Below, in pieces: positions 1-8,420 of a DNA stretch of 16,376 bases (the stretch's first letter is position 1; every line of letters begins with the position of its first letter). The DNA lies in assembly GCA_965649215.1 (NCBI GenBank), contig CBFGJZ010000033.1:1-16376 (forward strand), written 5' to 3'. The position numbers and the translations under genes are program-made. The notes under the pieces are model-generated. The model saw nothing but the letters and a program-made list of their open reading frames with translations, made no database searches and had not been told where the DNA came from. This DNA comes from a candidate division WOR-3 bacterium (GTDB lineage: Bacteria; Hydrothermota; Tepidihabitantia; Tepidihabitantales; CAIPLT01).

Positions 1-3000
1 GTATATCTTAATTGACCACTGCTATTCACAATCGAACAGACCACGGGAAAATTCACCTGAGTCAAGGCACCATAGTTTTTCACTAAAGCCGATGGAATCA
101 TCTCGGTATTCGGCCAATGATTTGCCGCAGGACTTAATATTGCTTCAACACCAACATCATTATTCGGTGGCGGTAGAACCGCAAAACCAATACCCGTCAC
201 ATCATCAAGATACCAACCATCATACACAATTGAACCATCTGAACCAAAATGCCACCTCAATCTAAACTGTTGACCCGAAAGGACGGGGAGATTATTAAAG
301 ACCGCTTCAACCCAACCATTACTAGAACCACCATAAACCGGTTGACCACCAACACCTTGAGTACTTGTCGAAGCAGTGCCAGTATAACCACTAACTGGTG
401 TAATCACATTCCAAGTCTGCCCTTGATTAGTCGAAATCTTAACATTACCACCATCATAAAGTGTCGAAGTACCTTCAAAATTATACCAATGCCAGAACTT
501 AAGAGTCGGATTATCTGTGGTTGCAGTTAAAACCGGCGAAGTTAAAGTCCAGTTGGCACTGTTAGCATAACTGCCAGTTAACACAGTTGCCCAGAGTTTT
601 GTTCCAGAATGTGCATTACCAGGACCAGAAGTCGGTGTACCCCATTCCCAACCACCTGCGGTTGGTGAAGGTTCATAATTACCATTATTGGCTTCAAACT
701 CCTCTAAATAGATTTCAACCGGTAATGAGAAGTAAAATGTATCTACATAATATCCGCTGGTCACGATTAATCTAAACTGAGCCATTGTTCCGGCGACGAT
801 TGAACTGTCTGCATAAATTACATAAGGATCAGCATTATTATTGGCAGTACTATTGGGAATGATGGTTGGAAAGTTACCACTGCCATCAATTATTTGAATG
901 CCTGGAGTTGTTGTGGTTAGAATGGAAGTTGTATTCTCGGCGTTATCGCTGCCAATATTTCTAAGTGTTGCAATTAAATTGACAGTTTCACCACGATTGA
1001 TAATACCATTATTATTCCCCATAATATCATTGACCACAGTGCTGACATGTTCTAAAACACATTGAGCAACCCTTGCTGATACATTAGATACCCAAGTCGA
1101 ATCCGTTGCATCTTTAATGGTTAGAGTAAATCTTAATGTGTAATTATTAGTACAGCTACTTGCAACTGTAAAATTAAAGCCATCTGAAGTGTAAACTGAA
1201 TCATTAGCGGCAATATTACCTAAATTTTTAAATGAATCAGTAATAGTAATATTGGCATCAGTAGTTCGTAACCATACCCGCACATTATTAGCAGTGCTCG
1301 AACCAAAATTCTTAAACCATGCTTTCATTTCCACTGCTTCACCCGGATTGATAAGTCCATTATTATTACCACCCGGTGGTGGATCAAAAATTTGATTTCG
1401 TAGGTGCATCACATAAGCGCCACTTGTTGCTAATGCCATTGTGCCACCAAGATGTGGAGCTAAATTATGTCCAGTGACTGTGATATACACACTATCTGGT
1501 GCGATTGTTGTCAATGACAAGGAAACTTGTCCATTAATATCTGTATACGCCATTGCCCTTCGCGAAGTATCATTTTTAACCATCGCACAAACTAACGCAT
1601 TACGAACTGGCATTCCATTTTTTAAAACACTAACAGGAATATTATAATAACCAAGAGGAATGACCGATGGATAATTGACTGTAATTGCAGCAGGAATATC
1701 TGAATAAACATCAACAGCACCATCACCCATCATATTATACATCTCGAAATAACGACGAGTCGTCCCCGTATTACCCATTTGGGCAAAATAACGGATTTTG
1801 GCTTTATTTAACATTCCCATCGCCCAGACATAATTTGAATCAAATGCATAATCAAAAACTCTTCTCTGTAAAGTATCGTCTTCTACCCAATAAGATGATA
1901 CAGATGAAGCATAATTAGCAATTGCTCCACGATAGCCAGCTCGTATCCAACTTTCGGAAAGACATACTTGTGAGTAAGTATAATTACCACATAAACATGC
2001 ATAAGTCCCAACTAATGGCACTTTGTCAACATTATTAAGAGCATAAACACTTGAAGTTGGATAACTAATTCCTGGATCTGCCCAACCTGTTTCGCTGCCA
2101 TGACCAGAAAAAGTGACCCAAGCTCGTCCTTCATTTACACGATTCGTAACCATTGTTGCAGCACCAGTCTGATAGTAGGTAAAAATTGAATCCGCAATCA
2201 TACCATAACTACGGACTTTTGCCATACAATACCGATGAGTTCCTTCAGCTACTTGATGATAAGTACCATCTGCGGATGCAATAAATAAAGCTTTCTTAGT
2301 CCACTCAGTTCCGCTGATCCATTCATTCTTTTCATATTTAATAGTCTTCCAGATTAAACTATCTAATTGCGCAGCATTAGCAATTGATGCCCTTGATAGG
2401 TCAAGATCTGGCCAATAATCTGATCCTGCTAATGTTGAATAATTCAAATCGGTTGGTGGATTACCCGATCCTGAGCCTGTAAAATAACCAATTTTATCAA
2501 TATCCCCAACTAACAGAACAAATGTTGGTGGAATGGGCCAAGTAGTATAAGCATTTAAAATGTAATTTCTTACCGTAGTATTTGTTCCGCCACCCACTTG
2601 ACTTAATGGTGCGACCGTAACATGATAACCCTTACGAGTCCGCCAGTTAACCAAAGGAGCAACATTACTTACCCATTCATCCGGCACAATAATCAAATAA
2701 CCAACCGGTAGATCCGGAGGTGGGGTTAACGCGTAAGCATCATAATTTTTGACTAAATTAGAAAGCATCATTTCATATGGTTTTGAATAATATCGGTTAC
2801 GCATTTCAATGGTCTTACCAATATTAGCACCCGCTAAGTTAAGCTCAATTGTCATTTCTGATGCATATTCAATAGTATTTTGTTTTGGATTATAAGTTAC
2901 TGGATAAATCTCAATTAGAGCAATTCGATGTCCTCGAATCTCTCCAATCATCTCAACTCGGGCGCGCTCTTTCAACAAAAAATCATCATAATTATAAACT

Positions 3001-3377
3001 TCTTTATTCATTGTAAACTCAGGTGGTGGACCCGACTTAGGAATTGAGGGCTGCAATGGTAAAACCGGTGCATAAAGACGAATTCTTTCTGTTTGGAAGA
3101 TATTAACAGCTAAATCTAATGAAGCATCAAATGGAATTTCAACTAATTCTCTAATTACAGGTAATTGCGGCGATCCAATCTCAGTCGAAATGTCAGCATC
3201 AGTAAAATATAACTGACTAAAAGTCTTGCTGTCGGCCTGTTCTTCTTTTATGTTAAGTGGCGGTAGCGATACTGATAAAGTTATTTTGTTTATATTGGAC
3301 TCAATTACCCGAACATTACTATTAGCACTTAATATTGCTAAGGGTAAAAGAATCCCTACTATTAGAAGTTTCTTCAT
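1..3377 (-). CDS. Secreted gingipain-family (peptidase C25) cysteine protease, Kgp-like, multidomain; 3' end lies outside the window (at least 1125 codons)
   Basis: Translated by hand from ATG 3377 (SD GGGAGGAA at 3385-3392). Signal peptide MKKLLIVGILLPLAILSA, then a C25-propeptide-like region (EIGSPQLPVIRELVEIP). Catalytic domain motifs: TDLNYSTLAGSDYWPDLDLSR, FSGHGSETGWADP (His codon 2100-2102), YACLCG (Cys codon 1995-1997), SSYWVEDD, YFEMYNMMGDG. These are followed by an Ig-like domain, two NNNGxINxGE Ig-like modules, a jelly-roll module (GWYLDDV) and an NDVGV..ILSP CARDB-like module. All segments I translated are in one frame with no stop. Confidence 0.93.
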   Translation of the reverse strand, partial: MKKLLIVGILLPLAILSANSNVRVIESNINKITLSVSLPPLNIKEEQADSKTFSQLYFTDADISTEIGSPQLPVIRELVEIPFDASLDLAVNIFQTERIRLYAPVLPLQPSIPKSGPPPEFTMNKEVYNYDDFLLKERARVEMIGEIRGHRIALIEIYPVTYNPKQNTIEYASEMTIELNLAGANIGKTIEMRNRYYSKPYEMMLSNLVKNYDAYALTPPPDLPVGYLIIVPDEWVSNVAPLVNWRTRKGYHVTVAPLSQVGGGTNTTVRNYILNAYTTWPIPPTFVLLVGDIDKIGYFTGSGSGNPPTDLNYSTLAGSDYWPDLDLSRASIANAAQLDSLIWKTIKYEKNEWISGTEWTKKALFIASADGTYHQVAEGTHRYCMAKVRSYGMIADSIFTYYQTGAATMVTNRVNEGRAWVTFSGHGSETGWADPGISYPTSSVYALNNVDKVPLVGTYACLCGNYTYSQVCLSESWIRAGYRGAIANYASSVSSYWVEDDTLQRRVFDYAFDSNYVWAMGMLNKAKIRYFAQMGNTGTTRRYFEMYNMMGDGAVDVYSDIPAAITVNYPSVIPLGYYNIPVSVLKNGMPVRNALVCAMVKNDTSRRAMAYTDINGQVSLSLTTIAPDSVYITVTGHNLAPHLGGTMALATSGAYVMHLRNQIFDPPPGGNNNGLINPGEAVEMKAWFKNFGSSTANNVRVWLRTTDANITITDSFKNLGNIAANDSVYTSDGFNFTVASSCTNNYTLRFTLTIKDATDSTWVSNVSARVAQCVLEHVSTVVNDIMGNNNGIINRGETVNLIATLRNIGSDNAENTTSILTTTTPGIQIIDGSGNFPTIIPNSTANNNADPYVIYADSSIVAGTMAQFRLIVTSGYYVDTFYFSLPVEIYLEEFEANNGNYEPSPTAGGWEWGTPTSGPGNAHSGTKLWATVLTGSYANSANWTLTSPVLTATTDNPTLKFWHWYNFEGTSTLYDGGNVKISTNQGQTWNVITPVSGYTGTASTSTQGVGGQPVYGGSSNGWVEAVFNNLPVLSGQQFRLRWHFGSDGSIVYDGWYLDDVTGIGFAVLPPPNNDVGVEAILSPAANHWPNTEMIPSALVKNYGALTQVNFPVVCSIVNSSGQLRY

Positions 3378-3505
3378 AATAAACTTCCTCCCTTAAGATT
3401 TTTGCCAAAATAAAAACGTCACTAAAAAAAATCGCTTACAAAAAATAAATAAAATTTTTTCACTGGTCATTTCGGCAGGTAATTATAAATATATAACATT
3501 AAAAT

Positions 3506-3534
3506 ATTATATCATTGAAAAGATAAAGAGTCAA
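3506..3534 (-). promoter_or_regulatory. Sigma70-type promoter for the C25 protease gene
   Basis: Minus strand reads TTGACT (3534-3529), 17 bp spacer, TATAAT (3511-3506), with an extended -10 TG (TGaTATAAT). Confidence 0.75.
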
Positions 3535-3612
3535 GCATTTTAACTTACTAATTTTTTCTTTCGCTTATCAATGCAGAACTCAATATACAAAATGTTTTTA
3601 AGATTCAATTCG

Positions 3613-4257
3613 CTACCAATTATATTGAATACCCATTCCCATCCCAATGCCACTAAAAGTTCTTTCTGGATAATAACCGATTTCAAACCAATTATTTTGT
3701 AAATAACCTTCACTAAATTCATGTTTAATAAGATAAAAACTACAGATCTCAATATTCAAAGACAACGCTTTTGATATACGAGTATCAATATTCAGCAATT
3801 TAGTAAAAAATGCAATTGGGAAAAAATCGACTCCTCCACTTATAGTTGGTCCCCAATAATTAGTCTTATATTGCACTGGGTGGATTTCATAAGTCGAATC
3901 AATCTCATTATAATAATTTTCCCAGCGCTTATCACTTTTCCCTTCCAATCCAAAACCAATATATGTTTGATACCAGTTATGATCCCTAAAATGATAATGC
4001 AACCTTAGACCATAATTTATGGTAAAATATGGACGATAAAAAGAATATCTGTAAATCGTAGAAGTATAAGCATTGAATTTATATTTAGCAGAATCAACTT
4101 GTGTTTCACCGCTTCTAAAATTAATTAAAAAATTTGTACGGAAACCTTGATTTTGACCAACTTTCACGCTAATCCCGTCAAATAAAGGATCATGCATAAA
4201 ACCAATAGAACCTGTTTCTAAAAAACTTATTAATAAAATAGAAAATAAAACATTCAT
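3613..4257 (-). CDS. Putative small outer-membrane beta-barrel protein (hypothetical)
   Basis: 214-aa ORF with SD-like AGGA upstream and a hydrophobic N-terminus. Amphipathic strands (NYGLRLHYHF, TYIGFGLEG, GPTISGGVDFFP, LSLNIEI) and a C-terminal beta-signal-like strand ending in an aromatic residue (GMGMGIQYNW). Confidence 0.7.
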   Translation of the reverse strand: MNVLFSILLISFLETGSIGFMHDPLFDGISVKVGQNQGFRTNFLINFRSGETQVDSAKYKFNAYTSTIYRYSFYRPYFTINYGLRLHYHFRDHNWYQTYIGFGLEGKSDKRWENYYNEIDSTYEIHPVQYKTNYWGPTISGGVDFFPIAFFTKLLNIDTRISKALSLNIEICSFYLIKHEFSEGYLQNNWFEIGYYPERTFSGIGMGMGIQYNW

Positions 4258-4303
4258 GTTGCTTCCTGCTTTAATATAAGGTATTGCGATTCCATTCTGA
4301 CGA

Positions 4304-4333
4304 ATTATAGCATACTTATTAACAATATGTCAA
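4304..4333 (-). promoter_or_regulatory. Consensus sigma70 promoter for the 214-aa beta-barrel gene
   Basis: Minus strand TTGACA (4333-4328), 18 bp spacer, TATAAT (4309-4304), with extended -10 (TGcTATAAT). Confidence 0.75.
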
Positions 4334-4357
4334 TATAGTTATATCTTGCGACAAATA

Positions 4358-4385
4358 TTGACAATCCAATAAAATATTGTAAAAT
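4358..4385 (+). promoter_or_regulatory. Sigma70-type promoter for the lipoprotein-TBDR-CTD protein-PorV operon
   Basis: TTGACA (4358-4363), 16 bp spacer, TAAAAT (4380-4385); SD AGGAGG at 4452-4457 before ATG 4462. Confidence 0.6.
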
Positions 4386-4461
4386 TGTAATGCTGTATGG
4401 TTATTTATAAACAAGCCACGCACTTTCAAAATGTACATTCTAATTTTGGCAAGGAGGCCAA

Positions 4462-5574
4462 ATGATACATAATAACAAAAAAACGATTGTTAATAGTGTT
4501 TTGCTTTTAACAATCGTATTAACCGCATTTATTATCGGCTGCGGAACTATGCCCCCTGAAGAATATTGGACCTGGACAGCTCAAGATTCTACTCAAATAC
4601 ATCAAATCGTTAATCAATATCGACCTTACTTTACAATCCAATTTGAAAAGAACGACTCTTTTTATCCTGTTAATTATATTGCAGACACTGTTGCTCGAAA
4701 TATTCGTCTTGCAGTACGGACTCTTTGGACTAAACCCCATTATTGGCCAGGTGGTATCACTCGTACTTACCAATCGACTATTATTGACAGTTTTATTCCT
4801 GTCAAAGATACAACCGTAACAGTGAAGATTCGCGAAGTCGTGAGCGGTGTCTTAAAAATCAAAGCTGAATCCAGTACCGTGAGGTTAGGTGATACAACAA
4901 TCGGTGACCAAGTTTATCCCTTATACTCTCGCAGTTTTGTCAAAGCCAATGCACCTTATCAATTTATCCGCAAGATTACTGATTCGATTGTTGGTAATGA
5001 TACTTTCTTTCATTATGATACCATAACGGGTGTCAATACAGATACTTTAATCGAAAATCCATACGAAGGTTTTTGTGAACGATTTATGCATTTTGAATAT
5101 GACGATGTTAATAAAACTTGGTATCTAAGTAAGATTACCGGTGGAACTCGTATTTTTATTCCCAATTACAATGATGCACCATATCTACAATTGTGTAGTT
5201 TAGCCACTCGTAACAAAGCCTATGGCATTTGGGAACGTCCTGATACTACCACTGTTCGCAGATACGGGATCCAACGCTTTTATGAACTCGATTCTATTGT
5301 CACTTTTGCTCCTGGTGAAACCTTATTTGTCCGCGCCACTAATTTTATTCCCCCCCTCTCGTTAGGATTTATTCATTATAATCAAAAACGCACCGACTTA
5401 ACAATCACCACAACCGCAACGACACCACGCACAACACTACCATATCCATTAGAAGATCCTAATCAAACAACTTGGCAACAAGTTTATTTAGAGTTTACGC
5501 CTTGGGAAGCGGTCTGTCGTCGTGGTAATTATAATGCTTTAATATGGGTATTACCCATCAGAGTAAAACCTTAA
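4462..5574 (+). CDS. Uncharacterised lipoprotein, beta-rich, first gene of the TBDR operon
   Basis: 370 aa with AGGAGG SD. Basic N-region, hydrophobic stretch and lipobox-like IIG|C at Cys27. Thr/Ile/Val/Tyr-rich; no SusD/TPR-like helical pattern recognised. Confidence 0.85.
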   Translation: MIHNNKKTIVNSVLLLTIVLTAFIIGCGTMPPEEYWTWTAQDSTQIHQIVNQYRPYFTIQFEKNDSFYPVNYIADTVARNIRLAVRTLWTKPHYWPGGITRTYQSTIIDSFIPVKDTTVTVKIREVVSGVLKIKAESSTVRLGDTTIGDQVYPLYSRSFVKANAPYQFIRKITDSIVGNDTFFHYDTITGVNTDTLIENPYEGFCERFMHFEYDDVNKTWYLSKITGGTRIFIPNYNDAPYLQLCSLATRNKAYGIWERPDTTTVRRYGIQRFYELDSIVTFAPGETLFVRATNFIPPLSLGFIHYNQKRTDLTITTTATTPRTTLPYPLEDPNQTTWQQVYLEFTPWEAVCRRGNYNALIWVLPIRVKP

Positions 5575-5591
5575 TAAGCAGGAGAGCAACT

Positions 5592-8411
5592 ATGAAAAAT
5601 ATAAATAAATATTATTGGGCAGTAATTTTATTAACTGCCTGCTTTTTACTCTTACCGATCCATCTCTTTGCTGGTGAAACAGGCCGTATTATTGGACGCA
5701 TTATCGACGCTGATACTCGAGAACCATTAGCGGGTGTCAATGTTATTGTTGAAGGCACTGAACTTGGTGCTGCAACTGATGCTGACGGCCGTTATTTAAT
5801 TACCAATGTTCCACCCCGTCGCGTTAATGTTACTGCATCTTATATCGGTTATGAACCTCAAACTTACAAAGATGTTTTAGTTATCGTTGACCAGACTGTT
5901 ACTGTGGACTTTCGTTTAAAAGCTACTATTATTGAAATTGACAAACCAGTGATTATTCAAGCCGAAAGAGATATGGTCATTCGTACCGCAGTTGCGACAA
6001 CCCGCACTGCCTCCGCAGAAGAATTCAATCGTTTGCCAGTCACAGCATTAACTCAATTAGTTGGTTTACAAGCCGGTATTCGTCAAGATGATCGTCGTGG
6101 TTGGACTCATATTCGTGGCGGTCGTTTTGATGATGTTTCTTATCTCATTGATGGTGTTGCAGCACGAGACGCTTTAGTTGGTACTTTGTGGTCAAGCCCA
6201 AAACCAACCACAGAAGCAATTCAAGAAGTGATTGTCATTACCGGGAGTTTTGACCCTGAATATGGTGAAGCAATGTCTGGGATTGTTCAAGCTATTACCA
6301 AAGAAGGTGGCAGCAAAACTCAAACCCGAATTCGTTATACAACTGATGCTATGTTTCCTCGTAAAGACTATAATTATGGTTATAATAATGTTCAATGGAC
6401 TATTGGTGGCCCAATTCCCTTATATGATCGCTTAAGATATTTTATTTCCTCTCAATATTTCAAGACCAAAGCATCAAGTGAAGCACTATATTATGTGCCA
6501 TCCCCACGCTATGAATATGCAGTCGAAGGTAAACTTACCTTCAATGTTCCAAAAAGTTTTCCGTTAACTCAACAAGGCTTAAAACTCACGGTTGATGGTC
6601 ATCATTCTAATTATCAATGGCAAGGATATAGTCAAGACTGGAAATATTTCTTAAAAGGAATTTTTGCAAACCGAGTTCGCTCATATAAAGCTAATTTCCA
6701 TCTCAATCATATGATAACTGATAAAGTGGTCTGGACCTTAAAGACCGGTTATTTTAGTACTGCGCTTCTCCGTGACCCTCGCAATTTTGACCGCGAAGCA
6801 GCTGATACAAGTGGTATTAGTGGCTTTCTCCGACGAACCGGCATTTGGGAAAACTTCATCTTTATGGGAGAAGACTGGGTATTTAATAACCCTGAAAGCC
6901 TTGATACAAAAACTGCCCTCTTAAATATGTATCGTGCTCCAAATATTATTTACTATAATAATAATGATTTACGAATGGCTATGCTTAATCCTTATGGAAC
7001 TTATGAGGGAATTTTCTATACTTCATCACCCACCTATTTCCATTATCGTACCACGCAAAGTAAATTTGTCAAAGGTGACATTTCTTGGACCCCAAATAAA
7101 ACCCATGAAGTCAAAACCGGTATTGACTTAACCCAATATACTTTAGCTGAACATACCAACCAAATGCCAGATGACCCCAATCCCTTCTGGGAATATTTCA
7201 AAGTCCATCCGGTCACTTTTGCTGCTTTTATTCAAGACCGCGCTGACTTTGAAGATTTAGTGATTCGTGGCGGATTGCGATTTGACTATCTTGACGCTAA
7301 AGTGAAAAAACGATTATATCCGGAAAGCATTGGTGGCCGTGAAGAAATTCGCGATTCGCTGGTCCCTGTCAAAGTAAAGATGCGTATCTCACCACGTCTT
7401 GGTATTTCCTTCCCACTAACCGAACGCATCAAGTTCCGTTTCTCTTATGGTCACTTCTTTAAAAATCCAACATTCGGTGATCTATTTAGTTGCGTTGAAT
7501 TTACCAGTATGGATATCTCACGTCGTCCTAATACAATAGTTGGTAACCCTGATATGGCAGCAGAAAAGACCATTGCATATGAAATGGGTTTTGATGCTCA
7601 ACTTACTGATATCTTTGCATTTGACTTAACTACCTATTATAAGGATATTTATGATCTCTCCGGGACAAGAACTGTTCGTGCGATTCCATCTTATAGCATG
7701 TATTACAATGTTGAATATGCTCGTGTGATGGGTGCTGAAGCAACCTTTACCAAACAATTAAGCAATTATTGGCGAGCGTCAGCTTCTTATACTTATCAAA
7801 TTGCTAAAGGCACAGCTTCTACTGCTACTGCAGAATATTCCCGCGGTTATGCCTTACAGATTGATTATCCATTAGATCATGATATGCGTCATAGTGCCAG
7901 TTTAGATTTTGCTTTGGCTTTCCCCTCTGACTTTATCTTTATACCCATCCGAGATTTTGAAGCATCTATGATTGCCCGTTTTAATACTGGATTACCTTAT
8001 ACTCCGACTGATGCCCGCGGCAATCGTGTTGCTGATGAAAATTCGGCTCGGATGCCTTCCACATTTTCAATTGATTCCCGTTTGAATAAATCCATCAAAA
8101 TAAATAATCTTGCCATAAACTTATATTGTGATATTTTCAATCTCCTCAATAATAAAATTGTCGTGACAGTTTTTGGTGCGACCGGTACTCCTGATGATCG
8201 TGGTCAACGGATTGTTGAAGGTCAATTCTCATCGGGTTTAAGAATTGGTGATGCCTATTATCACCCAGCACGAGACTTTAATCATGATGGTTATTTAACT
8301 CAACGGGAAATGTATGATTCTTATATGGCTGCCTACAAAGATCGCTATTCAATTCCTACTTATTATGGTGCATCTCGAAAGATCCGGTTTGGAATCAGTT
8401 TAGGAATTTAG
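5592..8411 (+). CDS. TonB-dependent outer-membrane receptor with N-terminal carboxypeptidase-regulatory-like domain (939 aa)
   Basis: Start moved from 5544 to ATG 5592 (SD AGGAG at 5580-5584; signal peptide ending LFA|GETG). CarboxypepD_reg-like GRIIGRIIDADTREPLAGVNVIVEGTELGAATDADGRYLITNVPP; TonB-box region PVIIQAER; plug HIRGGRFDDVSYLIDGV and ITGSFDPEYGEAMSGIV; barrel motifs GGLRFDY, ISPRLGISFP, FRFSYGHFF, GNPDMAAEKTIAYEMG, IFNLLN; terminal strand RKIRFGISLGI. Confidence 0.95.
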   Translation: MKNINKYYWAVILLTACFLLLPIHLFAGETGRIIGRIIDADTREPLAGVNVIVEGTELGAATDADGRYLITNVPPRRVNVTASYIGYEPQTYKDVLVIVDQTVTVDFRLKATIIEIDKPVIIQAERDMVIRTAVATTRTASAEEFNRLPVTALTQLVGLQAGIRQDDRRGWTHIRGGRFDDVSYLIDGVAARDALVGTLWSSPKPTTEAIQEVIVITGSFDPEYGEAMSGIVQAITKEGGSKTQTRIRYTTDAMFPRKDYNYGYNNVQWTIGGPIPLYDRLRYFISSQYFKTKASSEALYYVPSPRYEYAVEGKLTFNVPKSFPLTQQGLKLTVDGHHSNYQWQGYSQDWKYFLKGIFANRVRSYKANFHLNHMITDKVVWTLKTGYFSTALLRDPRNFDREAADTSGISGFLRRTGIWENFIFMGEDWVFNNPESLDTKTALLNMYRAPNIIYYNNNDLRMAMLNPYGTYEGIFYTSSPTYFHYRTTQSKFVKGDISWTPNKTHEVKTGIDLTQYTLAEHTNQMPDDPNPFWEYFKVHPVTFAAFIQDRADFEDLVIRGGLRFDYLDAKVKKRLYPESIGGREEIRDSLVPVKVKMRISPRLGISFPLTERIKFRFSYGHFFKNPTFGDLFSCVEFTSMDISRRPNTIVGNPDMAAEKTIAYEMGFDAQLTDIFAFDLTTYYKDIYDLSGTRTVRAIPSYSMYYNVEYARVMGAEATFTKQLSNYWRASASYTYQIAKGTASTATAEYSRGYALQIDYPLDHDMRHSASLDFALAFPSDFIFIPIRDFEASMIARFNTGLPYTPTDARGNRVADENSARMPSTFSIDSRLNKSIKINNLAINLYCDIFNLLNNKIVVTVFGATGTPDDRGQRIVEGQFSSGLRIGDAYYHPARDFNHDGYLTQREMYDSYMAAYKDRYSIPTYYGASRKIRFGISLGI

Positions 8412-8420
8412 GAGGAAATA

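Noticed and set aside
249-1918. Short + strand ORFs 249-530, 587-775, 1441-1647 and 1685-1918
   Set aside because: They lie antisense to the long C25 protease frame and have no SD or recognisable motifs.
1-3377. C25 gene as the T9SS sortase PorU
   Set aside because: The catalytic motifs look Kgp-like, the long accessory-domain tail is cargo-like, and the gene is not adjacent to the porV-like gene. Not fully excluded without a phylogeny.
3393-3500. A-tract-rich leader of the C25 gene as a regulatory RNA or phase-variable tract
   Set aside because: No convincing stem is seen, and A runs of this length are unremarkable in AT-rich intergenic DNA and lie outside the promoter spacer.
4462-5574. 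Lipoprotein as a SusD/RagB homologue
   Set aside because: It is upstream rather than downstream of the TBDR, shorter than typical SusD, beta-rich, and lacks recognisable SusD/TPR motifs.
5544-5591. ORF-track start of the TBDR at 5544
   Set aside because: It overlaps the lipoprotein gene; ATG 5592 has an SD and gives a normal signal peptide.
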